Both the position numbers and the translations under genes were made by a program. Shown here piece after piece: positions 30,430 through 45,600 of a stretch of 64,000 bases of DNA. The stretch is from contig OZ024752.1 of the NCBI GenBank assembly GCA_964016885.1, forward strand, positions 17,608,001 through 17,672,000, read 5' to 3'. The notes beneath the pieces were generated by a model. It searched no databases. It saw only the letters and a program-made list of their open reading frames with translations, and had not been told where the DNA came from. How positions within the stretch are numbered: position 1 is the first letter of the stretch; each line of letters opens with the position of its first letter. This DNA comes from Eledone cirrhosa. Lineage: Eukaryota.

Positions 30430-31660
30430 CTTATATGGTCTACAACTGCACCATTCTAACTCCTTCTTATATGGTCTACAACTCCACCATTCTAACTCCT
30501 TCTTATATGGTGTACAACTCCACCATTCTAACTCCTTCTTATATGGTGTACAACTCCACCATTCTAATTCCTTCTTATATGGTCTACAACTCCACCATTC
30601 TAATTGCTTCTTATATGGTCTACAACTCCACCATTCTAACTCCTTCTTATATGGTGTACAACTCCACCATTCTAATTCCTTCTTATATGGTCTACAACTC
30701 CACCAATCTAACTCCTTCTTATATGGTCTACAACTCCCCCATTCTAATTCCTTCTTATATGGTCTACAACTACACTATTCTAACTCCTTCTTATATGGTC
30801 TACAACTCCACCATTCTAATTCCTTCTTATATGGTCTACAACTCCACCATTCTAATTCCTTCATATATGGTCTACAACTCCACCATTCTAACTCCTTCTT
30901 ATATGGTCTACAACTCCACCATTCTATCTCCTTCTTATATGGTCTACAACTCCACCATGCTAACTCCTTCTTATATGGTCTACAACTCTACCATTCTAAC
31001 TCATTCTTATATGTTCTACAACTCCACCATTCTAACTCCTTCTTATATGGTCTACAACTGCACCATTCTAACTCCTTCTTATATGGTCTACAACTCCACC
31101 ATTCTAACTCCTTCTTATATGGTGTACAACTCCACCATTCTAACTCCTTCTTATATGGTGTACAACTCCACCATTCTAATTCCTTCTTATATGGTCTACA
31201 ACTCCACCATTCTAATTGCTTCTTATATGGTCTACAACTCCACCATTCTAACTCCTTCTTATATGGTGTACAACTCCACCATTCTAATTCCTTCTTATAT
31301 GGTCTACAACTCCACCAATCTAACTCCTTCTTATATGGTCTACAACTCCCCCATTCTAATTCCTTCTTATATGGTCTACAACTACACTATTCTAACTCCT
31401 TCTTATATGGTCTACAACTCCACCATTCTAATTCCTTCTTATATGGTCTACAACTCCACCATTCTAATTCCTTCATATATGGTCTACAACTCCATCATTC
31501 TAACTCCTTCTTATATGGTCTACAACTCCACCATTCTATCTCCTTCTTATATGGTCTACAACTCCACCATGCTAACTCCTTCTTATATGGTCTACAACTC
31601 TACCATTCTAACTCATTCTTATATGTTCTACAACTCCACCATTCTAACTCCTTCTTATAT
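30430..31660. repeat. Tandem 17-monomer (612-bp) duplication
   Basis: ACCAATCTA at about 30705 and 31317, with the same downstream order (TCCCCC, TACACT, CTATCT, ACCATGCTA, ATGTTC). Confidence 0.85.
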
Positions 31661-33199
31661 GGTCTACAACTCCACCATTCTAACTCCTTATATGGTGTAC
31701 AACTCCACCATTCTAACTCCTTCTTATATGGTCTACAACTCCACCATTCTAACTCCTTCTTATATGGTCTACAACTCCACCATTCTAATTCCTTCATATA
31801 TGTTGTACAACTCCACCATTCTAACTCCTTCTTATATGGTGTACAACTCCACCATTCTAACTCCTTCTTATATGGTCTACAACTCCACCATTCTAATTCC
31901 TTCTTATATGGTCTACAACTCCACCATTCTAACTCCTTCTTATATGGTCTACAACTCCACCATTCTAATTCCTTCATATATGGTGTACAACTCCACCATT
32001 CTAACTCCTTCTTATATGGTCTACAACTCCACCATTCTAACTCCTTCTTATATGGTCTACAACTCCACCATTCTAACTCCTTCTTATATGGTGTACAACT
32101 CCACCATTCTAAGTCCTTCTTATATGGAGTACAACTCCACCATTCTAACTCCTTCATATATGGTCTACAACTACACCATTCTAACTCCTTCTTATATGGT
32201 GTACAACTCAACCATTCTAATTGCTTCTTATATGGTCTACAACTCCACCATTCTAACTCTTTCTTATATGGTCTACAACTCCACCATTCTAACTCCATCT
32301 TATATGGTCTACAACTCCACCATTCTAAATCCTTCTTATATGGTCTACAACTCCACCATTCTAATTCCTTCTTATATGGTCTACAACTCCACTATTCTAA
32401 CTCATTCTTATATGGTCTACAACTCCACCATTCTAATTCCTTCTTATATGGTCTACAACTCCACCATTCTAACTCCTTCTTATATGGTCTAGAACTCCAC
32501 CATTCTAATTCCTCCTTATATGGTCTACAACTCCACCATTCTAATTCCTTCTTATATGGTGTACGACTCCACCATTCTAACTCCTTCATATGTGGTCTAC
32601 AACTCCACCATTCTAACGCCTTCTTATATGGTCTACAACTCCACCATTCTAACGCCTTCTTATATGGTGTACAACTCCACCATTCTAATTCCTTCTTATA
32701 TGGTCTACAACTCCACCATTCTAACTCCTTCTTATATGGTGTACAACTCCACCATTCTAACAACTTCTTATATGGTCTACAACTCCACCATTCTAATTCC
32801 TTCTTATATGGTCTACAACTCCACCATTCTAATTCCTTCTTATATGGTCTACAACTCCACCATTCTAATTCCTTCTTATATGGTCTACAACTCCACCATT
32901 CTAACTCCTTCTTATATGGTCTACAACTCCACCATTCTAACTCCTTCTTATATGGTCTACAACTGCACCATTCTAACTCCTTCTTATATGGTCTACAACT
33001 CCACCATTCTAACTCCTTCTTATATGGTGTACAACTCCACCATTCTAACTCCTTCTTATATGGTGTACAACTCCACCATTCTAATTCCTTCTTATATGGT
33101 CTACAACTCCACCATTCTAATTCCTTCTTATATGGTCTACAACTCCACCATTCTAACTCCTTCTTATATGGTGTACAACTCCACTATTCTAATTCCTTC

Positions 33200-36100
33200 T
33201 TATATGGTCTACAACTCCACCATTCTAACTCCTTCTTGTATGGTCTACAACTCCCCCATTCTAATTCCTTCTTATATGGTCTACAACTACACTATTCTAA
33301 CTCCTTCTTATATGGTCTACAACTCCACCATTCTAATTCCTTCTTATATGGTCTATAACTCCACCATTCTAACTCCTTCATATATGGTCTACAACTCCAC
33401 CATTCTAACTCCTTCTTATATGGTCTACAACTCCACCATTCTATCTCCTTCTTATATGGTCTACAACTCCACCATGCTAACTCCTTCTTATATGGTCTAC
33501 AACTCTACCATTCTAACTCATTCTTATATGTTCTACAACTCCACCATTCTAACTCCTTCTTATATGGTCTACAACTCCACCATTCTAACTCCTTCTTATA
33601 TGGTCTACAACTCCACCATTCTAACTCCTTCTTATATGGTGTACAACTCCACCATTCTAACTCCTTCTTATATGGTCTACAACTCCACCATTGTAATTCC
33701 TTCATATATGGTGTACAACTCCACCATTCTAACTCCTTATATGGTCTACAACTTCACCATTCTAACTCCTTCTTATATGGTCTACAACTCAACCATTCTA
33801 ACTCCTTCTTATATGGTGTACAACTCCACCATTCTAAGTCCTTCTTATATGGTCTACAACTCCACCATTCTAACTCCTTCTTATATGGTCTACAACTCCA
33901 CCATTCTAACTCTTTCTTATATGGTCTACACCTCCACCATTCTAACTCCTTCTGATATGGTCTACAACTCCACCATTCTAAATCCTTCTTATATGGTCTA
34001 CAACTCCACCATTCTAATTCCTTCTTATATGGTCTACAACTCCACTATTCTAACTCATTCTTATATGGTCTACAACTCCACCATTCTAATTCCTTCATAT
34101 ATGGTCTACAACTCCACCATTCTAATTCCTTCTTATATGGTCTACAACTCCACCATTCTAACTCCTTCTTATATGGTGTACAACTCAACCATTCTAATTG
34201 CTTCTTATATGGTCTACAACTCCACCATTCTAACTCTTTCTTATATGGTCTACAACTCCACCATTCTATCTCCATCTTATATGGTCTACAACTCCACCAT
34301 TCTAAATCCTTCTTATATGGTCTACAACTCCACCATTCTAATTCCTTCTTATATGGTCTACAACTCCACTATTCTAACTCATTCTTATATGGTCTACAAC
34401 TCCACCATTCTAATTCCTTCTTATATGGTCTACAACTCCACCATTCTAACTCCTTCTTATATGGTCTACAACTCCACCATTCTAATTCCTCCTTATATGG
34501 TCTACAACTCCACCTTTCTAATTCCTTCTTATATGGTGTACGACTCCACCATTCTAACTCCTTCATATGTGGTCTACAACTCCACCATTCTAACTCCTTT
34601 TTATATGGTGTACAACTCCACCATTCTAATTCCTTCTTATAAGGTCTACAACTCCACCATTCTAACTCCTTCATATATGGTCTACAACTCCACCATTCTA
34701 ACTCCTTCTTATATGGTCTACAACTCCACCATTCTAATTCCTTCTTATATGGTCTACAACTCCACCATTCTAACGCCTTCTTATATGGTCTACAACTCCA
34801 CCATTCTAACGCCTTCTTATATGGTCTACAACTCCACCATTCTAATTCCTTCTTATATGGTCTACAACTCCACCATTCTAACTCCTTCTTATATGGTCTA
34901 CAACTCCACCATTCTAACACCTTCTTATATGGTCTACAACTCCACCATTCTAATTCCTTCTTATATGGTCTACAACTCCACCATTCTAATTCCTTCTTAT
35001 ATGGTCTACAACTCCACCATTCTAATTCCTTCTTATATGGTCTACAACTCCACCATTCTAACTCCTTCTTATATGGTCTACAACTCCACCATTCTAACTC
35101 CTTCTTATATGGTCTACAACTGCACCATTCTAACTCTTTCTTATATGGTCTACAACTCCACCATTCTAACTCCTTCTTATATGGTGTACAACTCCACCAT
35201 TCTAACTCCTTCTTGTATGGTCTACAACTCCCCCATTCTAATTCCTTCTTATATGGTCTACAACTACACTATTCTAACTCCTTCTTATATGGTCTACAAC
35301 TCCACCATTCTAATTCCTTCTTATATGGTCTATAACTCCACCATTCTAACTCCTTCATATATGGTCTACAACTCCACCATTCTAACTCCTTCTTATATGG
35401 TCTACAACTCCACCATTCTATCTCCTTCTTATATGGTCTACAACTCCACCATGCTAACTCCTTCTTATATGGTCTACAACTCTACCATTCTAACTCATTC
35501 TTATATGTTCTACAACTCCACCATTCTAACTCCTTCTTATATGGTCTACAACTCCACCATTCTAACTCCTTCTTATATGGTCTACAACTCCACCATTCTA
35601 ACTCCTTCTTATATGGTGTACAACTCCACCATTCTAACTCCTTCTTATATGGTCTACAACTCCACCATTCTAACTGCTTCTTATATGGTCTACAACTCCA
35701 CCATTCTAATTCCTTCATATATGGTGTACAACTCCACCATTCTAACTCCTTATATGGTCTACAACTTCACCATTCTAACTCCTTCTTATATGGTCTACAA
35801 CTCAACCATTCTAACTCCTTCTTATATGGTGTACAACTCCACCATTCTAAGTCCTTCTTATATGGTCTACAACTCCACCATTCTAACTCCTTCTTATATG
35901 GTCTACAACTCCACCATTCTAACTCTTTCTTATATGGTCTACACCTCCACCATTCTAAATCCTTCTGATATGGTCTACAACTCCACCATTCTAAATCCTT
36001 CTTATATGGTCTACAACTCCACCATTCTAATTCCTTCTTATATGGTCTACAACTCCACTATTCTAACTCATTCTTATATGGTCTACAACTCCACCATTCT

Positions 36101-37200
36101 AATTCCTTCTTATATGGTCTACAACTCCACCATTCTAATTCCTTCTTATATGGTCTACAACTCCACCATTCTAACTCCTTCTTATATGGTGTACAACTCA
36201 ACCATTCTAATTGCTTCTTATATGGTCTACAACTCCACCATTCTAACTCTTTCTTATATGGTCTACAACTCCACCATTCTATCTCCATCTTATATGGTCT
36301 ACAACTCCACCATTCTAAATCCTTCTTATATGGTCTACAACTCCACCATTCTAATTCCTTCTTATATGGTCTACAACTCCACTATTCTAACTCATTCTTA
36401 TATGGTCTACAACTCCACCATTCTAATTCCTTCTTATATGGTCTACAACTCCACCATTCTAACTCCTTCTTATATGGTCTACAACTCCACCATTCTAATT
36501 CCTCCTTATATGGTCTACAACTCCACCTTTCTAATTCCTTCTTATATGGTGTACGACTCCACCATTCTAACTCCTTCATATGTGGTCTACAACTCCACCA
36601 TTCTAACTCCTTTTTATATGGTGTACAACTCCACCATTCTAATTCCTTCTTATATGGTCTACAACTCCACCATTCTAACTCCTTCATATATGGTCTACAA
36701 CTCCACCATTCTAACTCCTTCTTATATGGTCTACAACTCCACCATTCTAATTCCTTCTTATATGGTCTACAACTCCACCATTCTAACGCCTTCTTATATG
36801 GTCTACAACTCCACCATTCTAACGCCTTCTTATATGGTCTACAACTCCACCATTCTAATTCCTTCTTATATGGTCTACAACTCCACCATTCTAACTCCTT
36901 CTTATATGGTCTACAACTCCACCATTCTAACTCCTTCTTATATGGTCTACAACTCCACCATTCTAATTCCTTCTTATATGGTCTACAACTCCACCATTCT
37001 AATTCCTTCTTATATGGTCTACAACTCCACCATTCTAATTCCTTCTTATATGGTCTACAACTCCACCATTCTAACTCCTTCTTATATGGTCTACAACTCC
37101 ACCATTCTAACTCCTTCTTATATGGTCTACAACTGCACCATTCTAACTCTTTCTTATATGGTCTACAACTCCACCATTCTAACTCCTTCTTATATGGTCT
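33200..37200. repeat. Tandem duplication with a 1,977/2,013-bp period (55-56 monomers; one ACTGCT monomer gained or lost)
   Basis: ORF offsets 33505/35482=1977; 34045/36058 and 34369/36382=2013. The 33-bp units are at 33741 and 35754. Confidence 0.85.
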
Positions 37201-40200
37201 ACAACTCCACCATTCTAACTCCTTCTTATATGGTGTACAACTCCACCATTCTAATTCCTTCTTATATGGTCTACAACTCCACTATTCTAACTCATTCTTA
37301 TATGGTCTACAACTCCACCATTCTAATTCCTTCTTATATGGTCTACAACTCCACCATTCTAATTCCTTCTTATATGGTCTACAACTCCACCATTCTAATT
37401 CCATCTTATATGGTCTACAACTCCACCATTCTAACTCCTTCTTATATGGTCTACAACTCCACCATTCTAATTCCTTCTTATATGGTCTACGACTCCACCA
37501 TTCTAATTCCTTCTTATATGGTCTACAACTCCACCATTCTAATTCCTTATTATATGGTCTACAACTCCACCATTCTAACTCCTTCTTATATGGTCTACAA
37601 CTCCACCATTCTAACTCCTTCTTATACGGTCTACAACTGCACCATTCTAACTCCTTCTTATATGGCCTACAACTCCACCATTCTAACTCCTTCTTATATG
37701 GTGTACAACTCCACCATTCTAACTCCTTCTTATATGGTGTACAACTCCACCATTCTAATTCCTTCTTATATGGTCTACAACTCCACCATTCTAACTCCTT
37801 CTTATATGGTCTGCAACTCCACCATTCTAACTCCTTCTTATATGGTGTACAACTCCACCATTCTAATTCCTTCTTATATGGTCTACAACTCCACCATTCT
37901 AACTCCTTCTTATATGGTCTACAACTCCCCCATTCTAATTCCTTCTTATATGGTCTACAACTCCACCATTCTAACTCCTTCTTATATGGTCTACAACTCC
38001 ACCATTCTAACTCCTTCTTATATGGTCTACAACTGCACCATTCTAACTCCTTCTTATATGGTCTACAACTCCACCATTCTAACTCCTTCTTATATGGTCT
38101 ACAACTCCACCATTCTAACTCCTTCTTATATGGTCTACAACTGCACCATTCTAACTCCTTCTTATATGGTCTACAACTCCACCATTCTAACTCCTTCTTA
38201 TATGGTGTACAACTCCACCATTCTAACTCCTTCTTATATGGTGTACAACTCCACCATTCTAATTCCTTCTTATATGGTCTACCACTCCGCCATTCTAACT
38301 CCTTCTTATATGGTGTACAACTCCACCATTCTAATTCCTTCTTATATGGTCTACAACTACACCATTCTAATTCCTTCTTATATGGTCTACAACTCCACCA
38401 TTCTAACTCCTTCATATATGGTCTACAACTCCACCATTCTAACTCCTTCTTATATGGTCTACAACTCCACCATTCTAACTCCTTCTTATATGGTCTACAA
38501 CTCCACCATTCTAACTCCTTCTTATATGGTGTACAACTCCACCATACTAAGTCCTTCTTATATGGTGTACAACTACACCATTCTAACTCCTTCATATATG
38601 GTCTACAACTCCACCATTCTAACTCCTTCTTATATGGTGTACAACTCAACCATTCTAATTGCTTCTTATATGGTCTACAACTCCACCATTCTAACTCTTT
38701 CTTATATGGTCTACAACTCCACCATTCTAACTCCATCTTTTATGGTCTACAATTCCACCATTCTAAATCCTTCTTATATGGTCTACAACTCCACCATTCT
38801 AATTCCTTCTTATATGGTCTACAACTCCACTATTCTAACTCATTCTTATATGGTCTACAACTCCACCATTCTAATTCCTTCTTATATGGTCTACAACTCC
38901 ACCATTCTAACTCCATCTTTTATGGTCTACAATTCCACCATTCTAAATCCTTCTTATATGGTCTACAACTCCACCATTCTAATTCCTTCTTATATGGTCT
39001 ACAACTCCACTATTCTAACTCATTCTTATATGGTCTACAACTCCACCATTCTAATTCCTTCTTATATGGTCTACAACTCCACCATTCTAACTCCTTCTTA
39101 TATGGTCTACAACTCCACCATTCTAATTCCTTCTTATATGGTGTACGACTCCACCATTGTAACTCCTTCATATGTGGTCTACAACTCCACCATTCTAACT
39201 CCTTTTTATATGGTGTACAACTCCACCATTCTAATTCCTTCTTATATGGTCTATAACTCCACCATTCTAACTCCTTCATATATGGTCTACAACTCCACCA
39301 TTCTAACTCCTTCTTATATGGTCTACAACTCCACCATTCTATCTCCTTCTTATATGGTCTACAACTCCACCATGCTAACTCCTTCTTATATGGTCTACAA
39401 CTCTACCATTCTAACTCATTCTTATATGTTCTACAACTCCACCATTCTAACTCCTTCTTATATGGTCTACAACTCCACCATTCTAACTCCTTCTTATATG
39501 GTCTACAACTCCACCATTCTAACTCCTTCTTATATGGTGTACAACTCCACCATTCTAACTCCTTCTTATATGGTCTACAACTCCACCATTCTAACTGCTT
39601 CTTATATGGTCTACAACTCCACCATTCTAATTCCTTCATATATGGTGTACAACTCCACCATTCTAACTCCTTATATGGTCTACAACTTCACCATTCTAAC
39701 TCCTTCTTATATGGTATACAACTCAACCATTCTAACTCCTTCTTATATGGTGTACAACTCCACCATTCTAAGTCCTTCTTATATGGTCTACAACTCCACC
39801 ATTCTAACTCCTTCTTATATGGTCTACAACTCCACCATTCTAACTCCTTCTTATATGGTCTACAACTCCACCATTCTAACTCCTTCTTATATGGTGTACA
39901 ACTCCACCATTCTAACTCCTTCTTATATGGTCTACAACTCCACCATTCTAACTGCTTCTTATATGGTCTACAACTCCACCATTCTAATTCCTTCATATAT
40001 GGTGTACAACTCCACCATTCTAACTCCTTATATGGTCTACAACTTCACCATTCTAACTCCTTCTTATATGGTCTACAACTCAACCATTCTAACTCCTTCT
40101 TATATGGTGTACAACTCCACCATTCTAAGTCCTTCTTATATGGTCTACAACTCCACCATTCTAACTCCTTCTTATATGGTCTACAACTCCACCATTCTAA

Positions 40201-43200
40201 CTCTTTCTTATATGGTCTACACCTCCACCATTCTAACTCCTTCTGATATGGTCTACAACTCCACCATTCTAAATCCTTCTTATATGGTCTACAACTCCAC
40301 CATTCTAATTCCTTCTTATATGGTCTACAACTCCACTATTCTAACTCATTCTTATATGGTCTACAACTCCACCATTCTAATTCCTTCTTATATGGTCTAC
40401 AACTCCACCATTCTAATTCCTTCTTATATGGTCTACAACTCCACCATTCTAATTCCTTATTATATGGTCTACAACTCCACCATTCTAACTCCTTCTTATA
40501 TGGTCTACAACTCCACCATTCTAACTCCTTCTTATACGGTCTACAACTGCACCATTCTAACTCCTTCTTATATGGCCTACAACTCCACCATTCTAACTCC
40601 TTCTTATATGGTGTACAACTCCACCATTCTAACTCCTTCTTATATGGTGTACAACTCCACCATTCTAATTCCTTCTTATATGGTCTACAACTCCACCATT
40701 CTAACTCCTTCTTATATGGTCTACAACTCCACCATTCTAACTCCTTCTTATATGGTGTACAACTCCACCATTCTAATTCCTTCTTATATGGTCTACAACT
40801 CCACCATTCTAACTCCTTCTTATATGGTCTACAACTCCCCCATTCTAATTCCTTCTTATATGGTCTACAACTCCACCATTCTAACTCCTTCTTATATGGT
40901 CTACAACTCCACCATTCTAACTCCTTCTTATATGGTCTACAACTGCACCATTCTAACTCCTTCTTATATGGTCTACAACTCCACCATTCTAACTCCTTCT
41001 TATATGGTCTACAACTCCACCATTCTAACTCCTTCTTATATGGTCTACAACTGCACCATTCTAACTCCTTCTTATATGGTCTACAACTCCACCATTCTAA
41101 CTCCTTCTTATATGGTGTACAACTCCACCATTCTAACTCCTTCTTATATGGTGTACAACTCCACCATTCTAATTCCTTCTTATATGGTCTACCACTCCGC
41201 CATTCTAACTCCTTCTTATATGGTGTACAACTCCACCATTCTAATTCCTTCTTATATGGTCTACAACTACACCATTCTAATTCCTTCTTATATGGTCTAC
41301 AACTCCACCATTCTAACTCCTTCATATATGGTCTACAACTCCACCATTCTAACTCCTTCTTATATGGTCTACAACTCCACCATTCTAACTCCTTCTTATA
41401 TGGTCTACAACTCCACCATTCTAACTCCTTCTTATATGGTGTACAACTCCACCATACTAAGTCCTTCTTATATGGTGTACAACTACACCATTCTAACTCC
41501 TTCATATATGGTCTACAACTCCACCATTCTAACTCCTTCTTATATGGTGTACAACTCAACCATTCTAATTGCTTCTTATATGGTCTACAACTCCACCATT
41601 CTAACTCTTTCTTATATGGTCTACAACTCCACCATTCTAACTCCATCTTTTATGGTCTACAATTCCACCATTCTAAATCCTTCTTATATGGTCTACAACT
41701 CCACCATTCTAATTCCTTCTTATATGGTCTACAACTCCACTATTCTAACTCATTCTTATATGGTCTACAACTCCACCATTCTAATTCCTTCTTATATGGT
41801 CTACAACTCCACCATTCTAACTCCATCTTTTATGGTCTACAATTCCACCATTCTAAATCCTTCTTATATGGTCTACAACTCCACCATTCTAATTCCTTCT
41901 TATATGGTCTACAACTCCACTATTCTAACTCATTCTTATATGGTCTACAACTCCACCATTCTAATTCCTTCTTATATGGTCTACAACTCCACCATTCTAA
42001 CTCCTTCTTATATGGTCTACAACTCCACCATTCTAATTCCTTCTTATATGGTGTACGACTCCACCATTGTAACTCCTTCATATGTGGTCTACAACTCCAC
42101 CATTCTAACTCCTTTTTATATGGTGTACAACTCCACCATTCTAATTCCTTCTTATATGGTCTATAACTCCACCATTCTAACTCCTTCATATATGGTCTAC
42201 AACTCCACCATTCTAACTCCTTCTTATATGGTCTACAACTCCACCATTCTATCTCCTTCTTATATGGTCTACAACTCCACCATGCTAACTCCTTCTTATA
42301 TGGTCTACAACTCTACCATTCTAACTCATTCTTATATGTTCTACAACTCCACCATTCTAACTCCTTCTTATATGGTCTACAACTCCACCATTCTAACTCC
42401 TTCTTATATGGTCTACAACTCCACCATTCTAACTCCTTCTTATATGGTGTACAACTCCACCATTCTAACTCCTTCTTATATGGTCTACAACTCCACCATT
42501 CTAACTGCTTCTTATATGGTCTACAACTCCACCATTCTAATTCCTTCATATATGGTGTACAACTCCACCATTCTAACTCCTTATATGGTCTACAACTTCA
42601 CCATTCTAACTCCTTCTTATATGGTCTACAACTCAACCATTCTAACTCCTTCTTATATGGTGTACAACTCCACCATTCTAAGTCCTTCTTATATGGTCTA
42701 CAACTCCACCATTCTAACTCCTTCTTATATGGTCTACAACTCCACCATTCTAACTCTTTCTTATATGGTCTACACCTCCACCATTCTAACTCCTTCTGAT
42801 ATGGTCTACAACTCCACCATTCTAAATCCTTCTTATATGGTCTACAACTCCACCATTCTAATTCCTTCTTATATGGTCTACAACTCCACTATTCTAACTC
42901 ATTCTTATATGGTCTACAACTCCACCATTCTAATTCCTTCTTATATGGTCTACAACTCCACCATTCTAATTCCTTCTTATATGGTCTACAACTCCACCAT
43001 TCTAACTCCTTCTTATATGGTGTACAACTCAACCATTCTAATTGCTTCTTATATGGTCTACAACTCCACCATTCTAACTCTTTCTTATATGGTCTACAAC
43101 TCCACCATTCTATCTCCATCTTATATGGTCTACAACTCCACCATTCTAAATCCTTCTTATATGGTCTACAACTCCACCATTCTAATTCCTTCTTATATGG

Positions 43201-45600
43201 TCTACAACTCCACTATTCTAACTCATTCTTATATGGTCTACAACTCCACCATTCTAATTCCTTCTTATATGGTCTACAACTCCACCATTCTAACTCCTTC
43301 TTATATGGTCTACAACTCCACCATTCTAATTCCTCCTTATATGGTCTACAACTCCACCTTTCTAATTCCTTCTTATATGGTGTACGACTCCACCATTCTA
43401 ACTCCTTCATATGTGGTCTACAACTCCACCATTCTAACTCCTTTTTATATGGTGTACAACTCCACCATTCTAATTCCTTCTTATATGGTCTACAACTCCA
43501 CCATTCTAACTCCTTCATATATGGTCTACAACTCCACCATTCTAACTCCTTCTTATATGGTCTACAACTCCACCATTCTAATTCCTTCTTATATGGTCTA
43601 CAACTCCACCATTCTAACGCCTTCTTATATGGTCTACAACTCCACCATTCTAACGCCTTCTTATATGGTCTACAACTCCACCATTCTAATTCCTTCTTAT
43701 ATGGTCTACAACTCCACCATTCTAACTCCTTCTTATATGGTCTACAACTCCACCATTCTAACTCCTTCTTATATGGTCTACAACTCCACCATTCTAATTC
43801 CTTCTTATATGGTCTACAACTCCACCATTCTAATTCCTTCTTATATGGTCTACAACTCCACCATTCTAATTCCTTCTTATATGGTCTACAACTCAACCAT
43901 TCTAACTCCTTCTTATATGGTCTACAACTCCACCATTCTAACTCCTTCTTATATGGTCTACAACTGCACCATTCTAACTCTTTCTTATATGGTCTACAAC
44001 TCCACCATTCTAACTCCTTCTTATATGGTGTACAACTCCACCATTCTAACTCCTTCTTATATGGTGTACAACTCCACCATTCTAATTCCTTCTTATATGG
44101 TCTACAACTCCACTATTCTAACTCATTCTTATATGGTCTACAACTCCACCATTCTAATTCCTTCTTATATGGTCTACAACTCCACCATTCTAATTCCTTC
44201 TTATATGGTCTACAACTCCACCATTCTAATTCCATCTTATATGGTCTACAACTCCACCATTCTAACTCCTTCTTATATGGTCTACAACTCCACCATTCTA
44301 ATTCCTTCTTATATGGTCTACAACTCCACCATTCTAATTCCTTCTTATATGGTCTACAACTCCACCATTCTAATTCCTTATTATATGGTCTACAACTCCA
44401 CCATTCTAACTCCTTCTTATATGGTCTACAACTCCACCATTCTAACTCCTTCTTATACGGTCTACAACTGCACCATTCTAACTCCTTCTTATATGGCCTA
44501 CAACTCCACCATTCTAACTCCTTCTTATATGGTGTACAACTCCACCATTCTAACTCCTTCTTTTATGGTGTACAACTCCACCATTCTAATTCCTTCTTAT
44601 ATGGTCTACAACTCCACCATTCTAACTCCTTCTTATATGGTCTACAACTCCACCATTCTAACTCCTTCTTATATGGTGTACAACTCCACCATTCTAATTC
44701 CTTCTTATATGGTCTACAACTCCACCATTCTAACTCCTTCTTATATGGTCTACAACTCCCCCATTCTAATTCCTTCTTATATGGTCTACAACTCCACCAT
44801 TCTAACTCCTTCTTATATGGTCTACAACTCCACCATTCTAACTCCTTCTTATATGGTCTACAACTGCACCATTCTAACTCCTTCTTATATGGTCTACAAC
44901 TCCACCATTCTAACTCCTTCTTATATGGTCTACAACTCCACCATTCTAACTCCTTCTTATATGGTCTACAACTGCACCATTCTAACTCCTTCTTATATGG
45001 TCTACAACTCCACCATTCTAACTCCTTCTTATATGGTGTACAACTCCACCATTCTAACTCCTTCTTATATGGTGTACAACTCCACCATTCTAATTCCTTC
45101 TTATATGGTCTACCACTCCGCCATTCTAACTCCTTCTTATATGGTGTACAACTCCACCATTCTAATTCCTTCTTATATGGTCTACAACTACACCATTCTA
45201 ATTCCTTCTTATATGGTCTACAACTCCACCATTCTAACTCCTTCATATATGGTCTACAACTCCACCATTCTAACTCCTTCTTATATGGTCTACAACTCCA
45301 CCATTCTAACTCCTTCTTATATGGTCTACAACTCCACCATTCTAACTCCTTCTTATATGGTGTACAACTCCACCATACTAAGTCCTTCTTATATGGTGTA
45401 CAACTACACCATTCTAACTCCTTCATATATGGTCTACAACTCCACCATTCTAACTCCTTCTTATATGGTGTACAACTCAACCATTCTAATTGCTTCTTAT
45501 ATGGTCTACAACTCCACCATTGTAACTCTTTCTTATATGGTCTACAACTCCACCATTCTAACTCCATCTTTTATGGTCTACAATTCCACCATTCTAAATC
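35330..45600. repeat. Nested higher-order block with periods 2,910, 3,921 and 6,831 bp (2910+3921)
   Basis: The doubly mutated monomer TACCACTCCGCC occurs at about 38281, 41191 and 45112. ORF offsets 39010/41920 and 39403/42313=2910; 35482/39403=3921; 35482/42313, 36058/42889 and 38736/45567=6831. Confidence 0.88.
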
